DNA of 64,000 nt from an uncultured Methanosarcinales archaeon (GTDB lineage Archaea; Nanobdellota; Nanobdellia; Woesearchaeales; GW2011-AR15), in contig CAZHYZ010000002.1 in the NCBI GenBank assembly GCA_964537195.1, positions 296 to 64,295 on the forward strand, in the 5' to 3' direction. Below are positions 10,022 through 19,747 of this stretch, piece after piece. Below the pieces are notes generated by a model. That model did not search any database and was not told the DNA's origin. It was given only the letters and a program-made list of their open reading frames with translations. Position 1 is the stretch's first letter, and the number at the start of each line of letters is the position of its first letter. The position numbers were made by a program, and so were the translations under genes.

Positions 10022-10735
10022 TTACCTCTTCTTACCTGTTCTTCTTGGTCTAATTTTACCAACTTTGGCTCCTGGGGGGGCGTTCCTTCTTGCAATTGTT
10101 GGGCGCCCTTTTTTAGATGAACGTGAAGTACCATATGGATGATCTACTGCATTCATTGCCTGTCCTGATGTTTGAGGATATAATTTGTTTTTTGCTTTCA
10201 TTTTATAATGCCTTTTTCCGGCTTTCATAAATGGTTTGTCTTTTCTACCAGAACCTGCAATTACTCCAACCGTTGCACGACATTTTGGATTGAATATTTT
10301 CTTTTTCTTTGAGGGCAATAATACTTCGATCTCTCCTTTTCTCTTGCCAACTATTTTTGCAAAACAACCCCCACTTCTCACAAACTTTCCACCATCTCCT
10401 GGATTGGATTCTATATTAAATATTGATGTCCCAACCGGTACATCTTCTAAAAAGAGTGTGTTTCCATTTTCTTTTGGTGCCCGAGTACCTATTTTTACAG
10501 TGTCTCCAACCCTTATTCCTTCTGCAGCAACAACAAATGTTTCTTCACCATTTTCATACTTAATTTTAGCTAAAGGACTTGAATGTCCTCTACATTTTAC
10601 AAAATCAACTATTGTTCCTTTGTTTGCTTCCCTAGGATATTCAACTTTGGCTTTATATTTAAAACTAGGTGCTCTGTATCTGGGTCCGCCTTTCCCCCTT
10701 GCCTGTTGAATTAAGTTTTTTCCCATTATTATCAC
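10022..10735 (-). CDS. rpl2: 50S ribosomal protein uL2
   Basis: QQARGKGGP, GDGGKFVRSGG, AMNAVDHPYG, PPGAKVG. Confidence 0.98.
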   Translation of the reverse strand: MIIMGKNLIQQARGKGGPRYRAPSFKYKAKVEYPREANKGTIVDFVKCRGHSSPLAKIKYENGEETFVVAAEGIRVGDTVKIGTRAPKENGNTLFLEDVPVGTSIFNIESNPGDGGKFVRSGGCFAKIVGKRKGEIEVLLPSKKKKIFNPKCRATVGVIAGSGRKDKPFMKAGKRHYKMKAKNKLYPQTSGQAMNAVDHPYGTSRSSKKGRPTIARRNAPPGAKVGKIRPRRTGKKR

Positions 10736-10983
10736 ATCAATCCTAGTCTTGTAGCTAAATCAATTGCAGGAGTCTCCTCTGAAAACCTAATATATGCTTT
10801 TTTTCTTCCCTTAGAATCAATTGAAGTATTTACTTTTTCAACTTTGACCCCATATAGTTCTTCTATGTCTTTTTTGATTTCTGTTTTATTAGATTTTATG
10901 TCCACAATAAATATTAAAGAGTTGTCTGACTCCATCATCCTAATTGCTTTTTCAGTTGATAAAGGATATTTTATGATGTTCAT
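10732..10983 (-). CDS. rpl23: 50S ribosomal protein uL23
   Basis: IKYPLSTEKA, VEKVNT, KKAYIRF, AIDLATRLG. Confidence 0.97.
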   Translation of the reverse strand: MNIIKYPLSTEKAIRMMESDNSLIFIVDIKSNKTEIKKDIEELYGVKVEKVNTSIDSKGRKKAYIRFSEETPAIDLATRLGLM

Positions 10984-11942
10984 TTTTTAGTAGCTTTCTT
11001 GGTTGTTTTAATCTTTTTTTTTGATTTGGTTGGTTTTTTCTTCTTGTTGGATTTTGTTTTCTCTTTTTTGGGTTTTTTTCCTTCTTTTTTATTATTTTTA
11101 GTTTCTTTCTTGAAAAGGTTTGTAAAAAGTTTCTTTTGTTCCAAAAGTTTGATCGCATCCTCTGTATAGATTGTTAGTCTGCCAACATCTGTTCCTGGAG
11201 CAAGCATTTCAACATTCAAACTTCTTACCTCAACAACATCTACGCCTGGTATGTTTGATGAAGATTTCATTAAATCACATTTTTTTGACACAACAACCAA
11301 AGGACCTACTGCTTTTTTGTACTTTCTTCCTCTCCTCTTTGCTCTTCCTCTTTTTTCAGACTTTCTTTCTGACCTCTTTAATTCATCCCTTAAACCAATT
11401 TTCTCAAACATGGTAATTACTTCTGCTGTCTTTTTTATGTTTTCCACAGAAGTTTCCAAAACAAAAGGATAGTCCTTTACTACATGTCCTCTATTTATCA
11501 CCATCTCTTTTTTCACTGATGCTGCCATAGCAGACCTTATTGCTTTTTGTCTTTCTTTTTTATTAATCTTCTTTGAATAATCTTTCTCGACTTTTGGTGG
11601 ATGAGACTGTCTTCCTCCCCTTGTATTTGGAGCAGTTGCTCCCTCCCAATTGAATCTTGATCCTCTGTAATTTAATATCTTTCTTGGCACTCTTGAAATT
11701 CCAATCCCATACGCTCCCTTATAATCCCTTCTTCTTCTTGAGAGTTTTGAAGAATATTTCTTTCCTGCTTCTGGGTCTGTTCCTCTTGGTTGGATTTTAT
11801 GACTTTGGATTGCCAAAAAAGCCCTCTTAATTAAGTCTGGACGAATCTCCTCTTCAAACTGAATAGGAAAATTAATGCTGCCTTTTTTTGTTCCTTTTGG
11901 GGAGATTATGTCTGCTTTCATTTTAATTTCCTTGTTTCTCAT
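10980..11942 (-). CDS. rpl4: 50S ribosomal protein uL4 with a Lys-rich C-terminal tail
   Basis: IRPDLIKRA, GIGISRVPR, APNTRGGRQSHPPK, LAPG...GRLTIYTE. Confidence 0.97.
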   Translation of the reverse strand: MRNKEIKMKADIISPKGTKKGSINFPIQFEEEIRPDLIKRAFLAIQSHKIQPRGTDPEAGKKYSSKLSRRRRDYKGAYGIGISRVPRKILNYRGSRFNWEGATAPNTRGGRQSHPPKVEKDYSKKINKKERQKAIRSAMAASVKKEMVINRGHVVKDYPFVLETSVENIKKTAEVITMFEKIGLRDELKRSERKSEKRGRAKRRGRKYKKAVGPLVVVSKKCDLMKSSSNIPGVDVVEVRSLNVEMLAPGTDVGRLTIYTEDAIKLLEQKKLFTNLFKKETKNNKKEGKKPKKEKTKSNKKKKPTKSKKKIKTTKKATKK

Positions 11943-12903
11943 CTACATTAATTTTTGTAATTGTTGGTAAGACTACCTTTTTTTTACCTGGCCTACTAGC
12001 AGAATTTAAAACTACAACTCTTTTTCTCGGACCTGCTACAGAACCTTTAATAAGTGCACAAGTGTTCTTGACCTTCCCATATTTAACAAATCCTCCCTTC
12101 GGAATAATCTCTTCTGGGTTTTCAATAATCTTCAGAATCTGCTTGTTGTATTCTGTTCTTTGATGATGTCCCATTTTTCCTGCGTGAGGAACACGATACA
12201 TAATATGGCCCTGGCCTTTCCATGGTCCCAATGATCCTGGGTTTCTTATTGCTTTTTCAGACTTTGCCTGTCTTATACTGATTCCAAACCTCTTCACAGG
12301 CCCTTGGAACCCCTTTCCTTTTGTAACTGCTTTTATATCAACAAGGTCACCTTCTTTCAAAATCTGTTGAAGCAGTATTTCCTTGTCCTTGTTTTCCTTA
12401 ACAAAATTAATTTTTTCTTCTATAGATCCTGCTAAGAAAAGCTCAAAAAGCTCTGGTTTTTTCTTTCCGGTAGATGTCAAATGAGGTTGTGTATAAACCA
12501 CAACCTTAACTTCAGCGTATTCTTCTGGCCCTAGTTTATCAAGTTCTGTTTTATTAGATTTTTTTGGAATGTTGGTCTTTTTTGAGAGAATCTTATCATT
12601 ACTAAAGAAAATTTCATTATCAACTTTCAATCCTTTGTTGTCTTTCTTATACAATCTGACAGAAGCAATCTTCATTGGTGGACACTCCAGAATTGTGACT
12701 GGAATTGATATCTCCTCCCCTTTCAAAGGTGAGTGTTTGTCTGTTTCCACCGCCTGAACATGTGTCATTCCGACTTTATACCCGGGAAATCCTGAAATGC
12801 CTTTAACACTAAAACCAGTCCTTATTCTAGGATAATGTCTTTTGGCTCTTTTTCTTGGCCAATACTGCATTGAACCGGATCTAGGTTGTCTTACGTTCGG
12901 CAT
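11923..12903 (-). CDS. rpl3: 50S ribosomal protein uL3
   Basis: PRSGSMQYWPRKRA, GYKVGMTH, TKGKGFQGPVKRFG, GKMGHHQRTEYNK. Confidence 0.98.
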   Translation of the reverse strand: MPNVRQPRSGSMQYWPRKRAKRHYPRIRTGFSVKGISGFPGYKVGMTHVQAVETDKHSPLKGEEISIPVTILECPPMKIASVRLYKKDNKGLKVDNEIFFSNDKILSKKTNIPKKSNKTELDKLGPEEYAEVKVVVYTQPHLTSTGKKKPELFELFLAGSIEEKINFVKENKDKEILLQQILKEGDLVDIKAVTKGKGFQGPVKRFGISIRQAKSEKAIRNPGSLGPWKGQGHIMYRVPHAGKMGHHQRTEYNKQILKIIENPEEIIPKGGFVKYGKVKNTCALIKGSVAGPRKRVVVLNSASRPGKKKVVLPTITKINVDEKQGN

Positions 12904-12929
12904 TTTATCTAGTTTTGATTCTTGATAAC

Positions 12930-12982
12930 GAGCCTATTGTTGGACCTTTAACAGAAAAGTTGTCTAAAGTCCTTTTCAGGCC
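12930..12982 (-). promoter_or_regulatory. Candidate structured 5' leader of the rpl3 superoperon
   Basis: GGACTTTAG(12972-12964)...TAAAGGTCC(12950-12942) hairpin, extendable by GGCCT/AGGCT; TATA-like TTTATAAA near 13040-13047. Confidence 0.4.
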
Positions 12983-13103
12983 AAATAAACACAATTTCTA
13001 TGCTTATTGTCGTGCGTAATCTGATGGAAATATAAATGGTTTATAAATGTTGTGTCTCTGTACAGAGGAAAGTTTTAAATAGTTTTTTCATAAATTTAGA
13101 AAT

Positions 13104-13982
13104 ATGGTACTAGAATCTCTTCTCTCTCCGTTGAAAGCAGAAGCACACCCATCAATTGCTTTAATAATGGGTGCTGGGTATGCTACTCTTGGATTAGGAC
13201 TTAGTGCATGGATATTTATAAATGATAATCCTTCACTGATGATGGTCTTTCTCACTACCATGGCTGCAATTCCCTTAATATATAATTTAATTAAAATAGA
13301 AGAAAAAAAAGATTTAAAGAATTTAGATGAAAAAAACCTGTTAAAAGAACATTCTCGTGCCTTGCTAGTTTTTCTAAATTATTTTGTTGGAGTTACTTTA
13401 GCTTTTGCATTCTTGTACGTTATTATTCCAATACTCTTTCCAAATTTTAGGAGTTCGGATCTTTTCCAAGTACAAATCAATACCATTACTGCAATTAGGT
13501 CAAATGTGACGGGAAACGCATACTCGAGTCTTGGTGTTTTTACAAAAATATTGTCAAATAACCTAAGAGTTTTGATATTTTGTGTTTTCTTTTCATTTCT
13601 TTTTGGTGTCGGGGCCATATTTATACTTACATGGAATGCATCAGTAATAGGTGTAGCTATCGGAGACACAATCAGATCCGGGCTACTTGGTCTGGGGAAA
13701 CAATTCCATATCGCACTATCTCCAAGCTATGCACACATTACCAGTTGTGGGTTGTTCCAATATGCCATCCATGGAATTCCTGAGATTGGTGCTTACTTTA
13801 TTGCTGGACTAGGTAGTGGAATAATTTCTGTGGCGGCAATAAGACACGATTTTGGTACGAAGAAATATGTTTCAATAATCATGGATAGTTCTCTTCTACT
13901 GCTATTAAGTCTAATAATTTTAGTAATAGCTGCTTTTTTAGAAGTATATGTTACACCCGGGCTAGTAGGTATTTTTTGTTGA
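13104..13982 (+). CDS. SpoIIM/DUF95-family multi-pass membrane protein
   Basis: Multiple hydrophobic segments; ILSNNLRV, ILTWNASVIG, IHGIPEIGAY motifs. Confidence 0.85.
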   Translation: MVLESLLSPLKAEAHPSIALIMGAGYATLGLGLSAWIFINDNPSLMMVFLTTMAAIPLIYNLIKIEEKKDLKNLDEKNLLKEHSRALLVFLNYFVGVTLAFAFLYVIIPILFPNFRSSDLFQVQINTITAIRSNVTGNAYSSLGVFTKILSNNLRVLIFCVFFSFLFGVGAIFILTWNASVIGVAIGDTIRSGLLGLGKQFHIALSPSYAHITSCGLFQYAIHGIPEIGAYFIAGLGSGIISVAAIRHDFGTKKYVSIIMDSSLLLLLSLIILVIAAFLEVYVTPGLVGIFC

Positions 13983-13986
13983 TTTT

Positions 13987-14643
13987 CTATTCTAGAAGCT
14001 TTACTTTTCCTGGAGACAACTCAAAAATTTCTCCTTCCTCAACTAAATTTTTTATTATTTGATCACAATTATCTATGTTCACATGCTTAACAATGTCTTC
14101 TATGTCTGCACCATCTCCTTTGTCCAAAATAGCAACAACATTAAGGATTTTCTGATAGGGTCCTGTTTCTATTGTTTCCTCTTCGGGAGAGTCTTCAACT
14201 GGCAAAACAATTGAATTTGTCCTTTTCTGTAATTTTATTTCTAAGTTTCTTACTTCTAGCCACTTTTTGTTTTCTATTTCTTTTATTATCTCTGGGACAA
14301 CGTATTTTGTGGCATTCCATTCTCTTGGTCTACCTATGACATTAACTACTCTTCCAACAACAAATTTTTTTAGTCTTGGATCTTCTTCAAAAAACCTTAT
14401 CATTATGTTTCCTGTTCCATCATCAATCAAAAAATTATTTTCTTCCTCTGTTATCCCAACAATTACTCCAATCAAATTGACACGAGCAATTTCTCCATAT
14501 TTTGTCAATATTCCGCTCGGTTCCCATCCAGGTCTCTTAATATAAGTTCCTGTTAGAATGTCATTTATCAGAACTTTTTTGGCAACTTTTCTCTTGTTGT
14601 TGGCCAATTCAGATTTTTGAGATGTATCCTTTTCTTGGCTCAT
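13987..14643 (-). CDS. OB-fold protein with C-terminal winged helix (RPA2/RPA32-like)
   Basis: RVNLIGVIV, IDDGTGNI, VNVIGRPRE OB fold; C-terminal LVEEGEIFELSPGK winged helix; overlaps the end of mcm. Confidence 0.75.
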   Translation of the reverse strand: MSQEKDTSQKSELANNKRKVAKKVLINDILTGTYIKRPGWEPSGILTKYGEIARVNLIGVIVGITEEENNFLIDDGTGNIMIRFFEEDPRLKKFVVGRVVNVIGRPREWNATKYVVPEIIKEIENKKWLEVRNLEIKLQKRTNSIVLPVEDSPEEETIETGPYQKILNVVAILDKGDGADIEDIVKHVNIDNCDQIIKNLVEEGEIFELSPGKVKLLE

Positions 14644-16630
14644 ATATGTCTCCAGACCTTTTTAGTTTTTCAACTACTTCAAGTACTTTATCTTCGGATA
14701 ACCCTTTTGACTCAGCTTCTATAACAATATCTTCAACAGGAATTGTCTTTCCAACTTTTCCTTCTATCTCATTAATTATTTCTCTGACAACAACTATGTT
14801 TCCTCTTTCTGAAGCAGTCACACCAGAACTAATTCTATCAATGTCAAATTTCCCTGTTTCAGGATCTAGACCAATCTTTGTCAAACAATAATGTACTAGT
14901 TCAATTGCTCTTTCTGCGTCTTTTCTTGAAACTTTATCAGCTAATCTTGCTTTTGCAGATGCCTCTGCTAGCCTTACCAATGCTTCAAGTTGTCTTGCAG
15001 AGATTGGAATTGTTTTTATGACGCCGTCCTCGGTTGACCCAGAGGTTCTCATTCTAACATAATAATCTTTTATGTTCTCTATTGCTGCCTCCGACAAGAC
15101 AGGCTTTATGTTTTGTCTAGCATATGCAAAATATTTTTTCAACATCTCAGACTCTATTTCTGTAGTAATTTCTGTTGATTCTTTATGAAGACTTAATATG
15201 AAAGATGCCATTTTTTCATCTTTTGATTCATCTGGCAAATCTTTAATAGGAAAAATAAGATCAAATCTGTTGATAAGTGTACTTGGCAAATCAATCTGTC
15301 TAGCTATGACTTCATACGGATCAAACCTACCAAACTTTGGGTTTGCTGCTGCCAACACTGTTGTTTCTGCTCGCAAGGTTGCTTGAATATTTGCTTTTGA
15401 TATTGTAACTGTCTGTTGTTCTAGTGCTTCGTGCATTGCACTTCTATCTTCTTTAGTCATCTTATCAAGCTCATCAATACAACAAATACCTCTGTTTGTT
15501 AAAACTAGTGCCCCTGCTTCTAATGCATATCCACGAATGAATTCATCTTTTACGACTGTTGCTGTTAATCCTGCTCCTGATGCTCCTTTACCAGAAATGT
15601 ATCTGGCTTTTGGCACCACTTGTGAGATTCTTTTTAACAATTGGCTTTTTCCTGCTCCTGGATCACCAATTAATAAAACATGTATGTCTCCCCTCGTTGC
15701 AGAACCTTCTTTTCTTTTTTTTCTAACACCGCCAAGTGCCTGTAAAATAAGTGCTTCCTTAATTTTATCATGACCAAAGATGGTTGGTGCGATAGAATTA
15801 ATTAATTTGTCATACACTTTTGGATCATTTGCAATTTCTGAGATTTCTTCCTCCTCTTCCTTAGAAATTTCAAGTTGCATAAAATCTTCTTCAATCGGTT
15901 CTATGTAATTGGATTCAATCATTAAATCAAATCTCGTTAATCTGCCCCCGTCTCTAGCTGGAATTGGGACTTCCTTCAGAACTCCGTGAACTTTAATCTT
16001 GCTACCCGGATTAGTCTTTCTTTCTGACATTGGAGAGACTAAATCTGCTTTAAGGAAGACATCTAGTCTCTTTGGTTGCTCACCTCCCTGTAAATCTTCT
16101 GGTGCTTCTTCCAGAACAATCTTCTGAGCATCAACAAGCTCCTTGCTCAATAACCTGAATTTTCCTCTTCTTCCACACCCACATCTATCTGGTTCTTTGA
16201 ATTTAGAATCTAGTTGCAAGATTGTTATCACATTCCCACAACTAGGACATTCAAAACGAGCACTAGTAACTTGGGGTCTAACGTCTGATTTTTGTCTGAC
16301 AAGTCCTGTTACATAAATAAATTTATTTATGTGTTCGCTTCTTATGTATTTAATTGGTACTTCCATATCCTCTGGAAGATTTTTTATTCTTACTCTAAAG
16401 GTCTTAATATCTCCTTCAGTCTCAAAATGTTCTACAGCCAACTCTCCCGCTTTGATTACCTCGTCTGGATTCTCAAGAAGCTCATCTGCCAAGGCAGGAC
16501 TATGCATAGAAAGTTTTCTGAAATCTATAACAAGAAATTTCTCTCCTTTTCTGACTTTTTCAGCTATTTCTGTCTTGTGGTTCTTCTCCAGATATTCCTG
16601 GAATTTTTTAATTGTTTCTGTTGGATCCAT
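14609..16630 (-). CDS. mcm: Replicative helicase MCM
   Basis: CPSC...CGC Zn finger, GDPGAGKS, IDELDKM, AAANPKFGRF, ISARQLEAL; no intein. Confidence 0.98.
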   Translation of the reverse strand: MDPTETIKKFQEYLEKNHKTEIAEKVRKGEKFLVIDFRKLSMHSPALADELLENPDEVIKAGELAVEHFETEGDIKTFRVRIKNLPEDMEVPIKYIRSEHINKFIYVTGLVRQKSDVRPQVTSARFECPSCGNVITILQLDSKFKEPDRCGCGRRGKFRLLSKELVDAQKIVLEEAPEDLQGGEQPKRLDVFLKADLVSPMSERKTNPGSKIKVHGVLKEVPIPARDGGRLTRFDLMIESNYIEPIEEDFMQLEISKEEEEEISEIANDPKVYDKLINSIAPTIFGHDKIKEALILQALGGVRKKRKEGSATRGDIHVLLIGDPGAGKSQLLKRISQVVPKARYISGKGASGAGLTATVVKDEFIRGYALEAGALVLTNRGICCIDELDKMTKEDRSAMHEALEQQTVTISKANIQATLRAETTVLAAANPKFGRFDPYEVIARQIDLPSTLINRFDLIFPIKDLPDESKDEKMASFILSLHKESTEITTEIESEMLKKYFAYARQNIKPVLSEAAIENIKDYYVRMRTSGSTEDGVIKTIPISARQLEALVRLAEASAKARLADKVSRKDAERAIELVHYCLTKIGLDPETGKFDIDRISSGVTASERGNIVVVREIINEIEGKVGKTIPVEDIVIEAESKGLSEDKVLEVVEKLKRSGDIYEPRKGYISKI

Positions 16631-16677
16631 TTTAAGAAATTCCTATTTCAGTAAAAAAAGAATAAAAAATTAATTTA

Positions 16678-17220
16678 TTAATTTACTTTTTTTAGATTAA
16701 TAATTAATTTATCTAGTGCTTCATGCACTTCATCTTCACTCTTTGTTCCTGTACACACTATTTTTCCATTGCTGAACAACAGAAAGGTTGCCTTTGCTTC
16801 ATCCAATTTATATACTAATCCTGGAAATTGCTCTGGTTCATATTCTGTATTTTGCAATTTCATAGCTAAAACATTTAGATTAAGATCCATACCCACGCTA
16901 CCAGAAGCAACTATGTTTTGTATGCTAATTTTTGGTTTAATCTTGATTTCGATACCTATTTTCTTTAGGCTTTCTATTATCTTAACAATTGATTCTTCCA
17001 CCTTGTCCATACTTCTTGCACCGGTACACACGACCTTTCCAGAGCTAAATATTAATGCAGAGGTTTTTGGATCTCTTATTCTTATAACTAATCCTGGAAA
17101 TTGTTCTGGATTATATTCTGTGTTACTTAATGTTGCTGCCATTTTCTCTAATGGAATGTCATGTTCTAGACTTGTAGAAACTACAATATTTACAACTTGT
17201 ATATTTTTATTATCTGACAT
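16678..17220 (-). CDS. tbp: TATA-box binding protein
   Basis: Two repeats, YNPEQFPGLV...LIFSSGKVVCTGA and YEPEQFPGLV...LLFSNGKIVCTGT; GGGGGTG Shine-Dalgarno upstream. Confidence 0.98.
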   Translation of the reverse strand: MSDNKNIQVVNIVVSTSLEHDIPLEKMAATLSNTEYNPEQFPGLVIRIRDPKTSALIFSSGKVVCTGARSMDKVEESIVKIIESLKKIGIEIKIKPKISIQNIVASGSVGMDLNLNVLAMKLQNTEYEPEQFPGLVYKLDEAKATFLLFSNGKIVCTGTKSEDEVHEALDKLIINLKKVN

Positions 17221-17283
17221 AAAATTACACCCCCGTGCAGATTTTTCATTTATAAAGAAACCAGGTATTATTTATAAATACTA

Positions 17284-18075
17284 TCATTTTGTAAAACGCC
17301 AAATTTCATCTATCATCTCATATGTTGTATAACCATATCCTTTCTGTTTAAACATATATTCTCCAAGCTTTCCATTGATTTGAGCTGCTTTCCTTGCGGA
17401 TTCAAAAAGATTGTCAGAAAGAGCAACGTAGCCCGCACACAGCCCCGCAAGGACATCTCCAGTACCACCCATCGTCATACTGTCATGGCCCGTTTTGTTG
17501 ATATGCCTTCTGTGTTTAGTGAAAATTGTGTCATACGTTCCTTTCAGCAAAATAACGTTTTCATCCATCTTCTTTTGTATGTTCTTAATATTAATCTCCA
17601 TGTCCAATTCATCATAGGGAATTCTTTTAATTGTGTTCTGGAATAAAATTTCAAATTCCTTTTCATGTGGTGTCAAAATAGAATTAGATACTGTCTCTAA
17701 ATTAATCACTTTTATGGCATCCGCATCTAGAACAAAGGGTTTTTTTATTTCTCTCAGCAACTTTAAAACAAAGTCTTTATTTCTTCCGAGACCGTTGCCA
17801 AGAACAACTACATCAGAGAGTTCACTGAGTGAAATAATTTCTTTTGTATGTGTCAAACTCAATTCATCGCCCAACAATTTCTTTGTTATAATGTCTGGAC
17901 TATATGTATTAATTGTCCACGCTACTTTTTCAGGAGCACAGACAGTAACTAAATCCACCCCACACCTTAGTGCTGCAAGAGCTGCAAATGCAGGAGCTCC
18001 AACATAATCTTTGCTGCCTCCAACAACCAACACTTTACCATTCTGTCCTTTTTTACTTCCTCTGTGTATTCTCAT
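17284..18075 (-). CDS. nnrD: ADP-dependent NAD(P)H-hydrate dehydratase (stand-alone YjeF-C)
   Basis: KGQNGKVLVVGGSKDYVGAP, GNGLG, LDADA, LTPHEKEF, GGTGDVLAG. Confidence 0.93.
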   Translation of the reverse strand: MRIHRGSKKGQNGKVLVVGGSKDYVGAPAFAALAALRCGVDLVTVCAPEKVAWTINTYSPDIITKKLLGDELSLTHTKEIISLSELSDVVVLGNGLGRNKDFVLKLLREIKKPFVLDADAIKVINLETVSNSILTPHEKEFEILFQNTIKRIPYDELDMEINIKNIQKKMDENVILLKGTYDTIFTKHRRHINKTGHDSMTMGGTGDVLAGLCAGYVALSDNLFESARKAAQINGKLGEYMFKQKGYGYTTYEMIDEIWRFTK

Positions 18076-19699
18076 TGTCTTTTTTGGATGCTTTTTGTTT
18101 TTTTAATTTTTGCCTATGTTTTTTTCTCATCTCTTTTTGTTTTTTTGTTAACTTTTTTCTTTTTTTCTTTTCTTTATTCTTTTGGCTATAAAGAACTTTG
18201 GCATAGGTAACAGGATTATTATATCTAGAAGTTATATTTTCTGGATCTTCTATTTGTAAATCCTTATATATCCCAGTAACATAGTTTGGTGGAGGAACCT
18301 TTTCTTTGTTTGTCTTTGCATATCTAAGTTGACCGATTATGTAATTTTCTTTAAGGGGCTCGGGATTTTTCTCGTTCCATTTCCATACAATCTCCTCTAT
18401 TTTAGCATGTGTCCAACCTAAGGTAGATAAAAAATTTATTAGAATAAATAAAAACCGTTTTCGGCCGTCTTCTAGACCCTGTAATCCTTTTTTTATGCTC
18501 GGGGGAAAATATTCTTCTGGGATTGCTGTTTCGGGAAGTTCATATTCTTTTTCCTTATGGGTTTTTTTGTCCGCAAAGGAGTCTCTGAAAAGAATCTCCT
18601 CTTTCCTAAAATCAAAGGCATTAATCATAAGTTCCTGTGCTTCATCTGGCTCACATCTTGAACCATCTAAAAACACAAATGTTTTGTTAACTTGCACTTT
18701 TTTTGGATTTGCTTGTTTTTTCTCAAACTGCATTACTTTTTCTGGGTTTATGGGTAGAGATACCAAACGGGATTTTTCGTGCATACTATATGGTGCTCGG
18801 TACATATGTCTTGAGGATATCAATAATGTATCAACATCAATAATGCTTAAGGGGTCAAACATTCTCTTTGGTGGTTTTTCAGAACCACAAGCACAATTTT
18901 TTAGTTTGTATTCTTTTTTTTCCATAAGAACATTACATTTTGGACAAACTAGTATTTTGGTTTCATCTTCCTTTACTATTCTTGTCTCGCATTTTGGACA
19001 GATGAATTCTTTTTTTACGCTTGAAGAAAAATTAGTGACTTCTTTACTACAATCTGGACAAACAAATTTACTTAACTCGCTTTGGTCTTTGCCTGTCAAT
19101 TTTGCTATTTTTTCAATTGTTGTTTTGTATTTCTTATCAAATATGATTCCCCCTGTTTCTGAAACATCTATTAAATTATTTGAAATATAATCAAGAAGAT
19201 ATAGTGTTATTTCTTTTGGTCCTTCTGGAAAATGCTTCTCAACCAAGATGTTGTTAACTTCTTTAGGAAATGCTTCGAAGGGAACTGCAATATGAAACCC
19301 TTTGTTGCCTGAAAATTTGCAACTTATTGACACCAACCCGTGGTTCATTAGTGCTTTAACAAAGAGATGGGCACTCAGTTTTGAATATCTCCAATAAGGA
19401 CAGTCTATATCTAGAACAAGATCCCATCCCTTTCTTAATTCGTCCAGTTCTTTCTTTCTCATTCCTGCAGATAGTTGCATTGGGTTGCGCCATCTTTCTT
19501 CAGAAACATGAAAACTGGAAGCGCCTTTCTTGACTGAGTCTAATATGTCGTTAGCATACATCAGTACATCGGGCCTTTTGCCAAATCCTCTTTCAGCATA
19601 TTTTATTCCAACTTCTCTATCTCTTGCAGAATCAACTATTGCTTGTTGGATCTCTCTTTGTTTATAGTAGAGAAGCCGATTACTTAATTCGTGCATCAA
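18053..19699 (-). CDS. priS: Fused archaeal DNA primase (PriS catalytic domain plus PriL C-terminal-like domain)
   Basis: WDLVLDID, SGNKGFH, SRHMYRAPYSMHEKS AEP motifs; C-terminal FPP.I...DGRKR.LFIL...PPPN...NPV PriL-CTD pattern. Confidence 0.88.
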   Translation of the reverse strand: MMHELSNRLLYYKQREIQQAIVDSARDREVGIKYAERGFGKRPDVLMYANDILDSVKKGASSFHVSEERWRNPMQLSAGMRKKELDELRKGWDLVLDIDCPYWRYSKLSAHLFVKALMNHGLVSISCKFSGNKGFHIAVPFEAFPKEVNNILVEKHFPEGPKEITLYLLDYISNNLIDVSETGGIIFDKKYKTTIEKIAKLTGKDQSELSKFVCPDCSKEVTNFSSSVKKEFICPKCETRIVKEDETKILVCPKCNVLMEKKEYKLKNCACGSEKPPKRMFDPLSIIDVDTLLISSRHMYRAPYSMHEKSRLVSLPINPEKVMQFEKKQANPKKVQVNKTFVFLDGSRCEPDEAQELMINAFDFRKEEILFRDSFADKKTHKEKEYELPETAIPEEYFPPSIKKGLQGLEDGRKRFLFILINFLSTLGWTHAKIEEIVWKWNEKNPEPLKENYIIGQLRYAKTNKEKVPPPNYVTGIYKDLQIEDPENITSRYNNPVTYAKVLYSQKNKEKKKRKKLTKKQKEMRKKHRQKLKKQKASKKDNENTQRK

Positions 19700-19747
19700 T
19701 GCCTAAAAACCAACATATATTTATATTGTTTTTTGATAATCATAAGA

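Noticed and set aside
13020-13032. TGATGGAAA partial ORB-like word
   Set aside because: It is a single partial match with no G-string, partner box or unwinding element.
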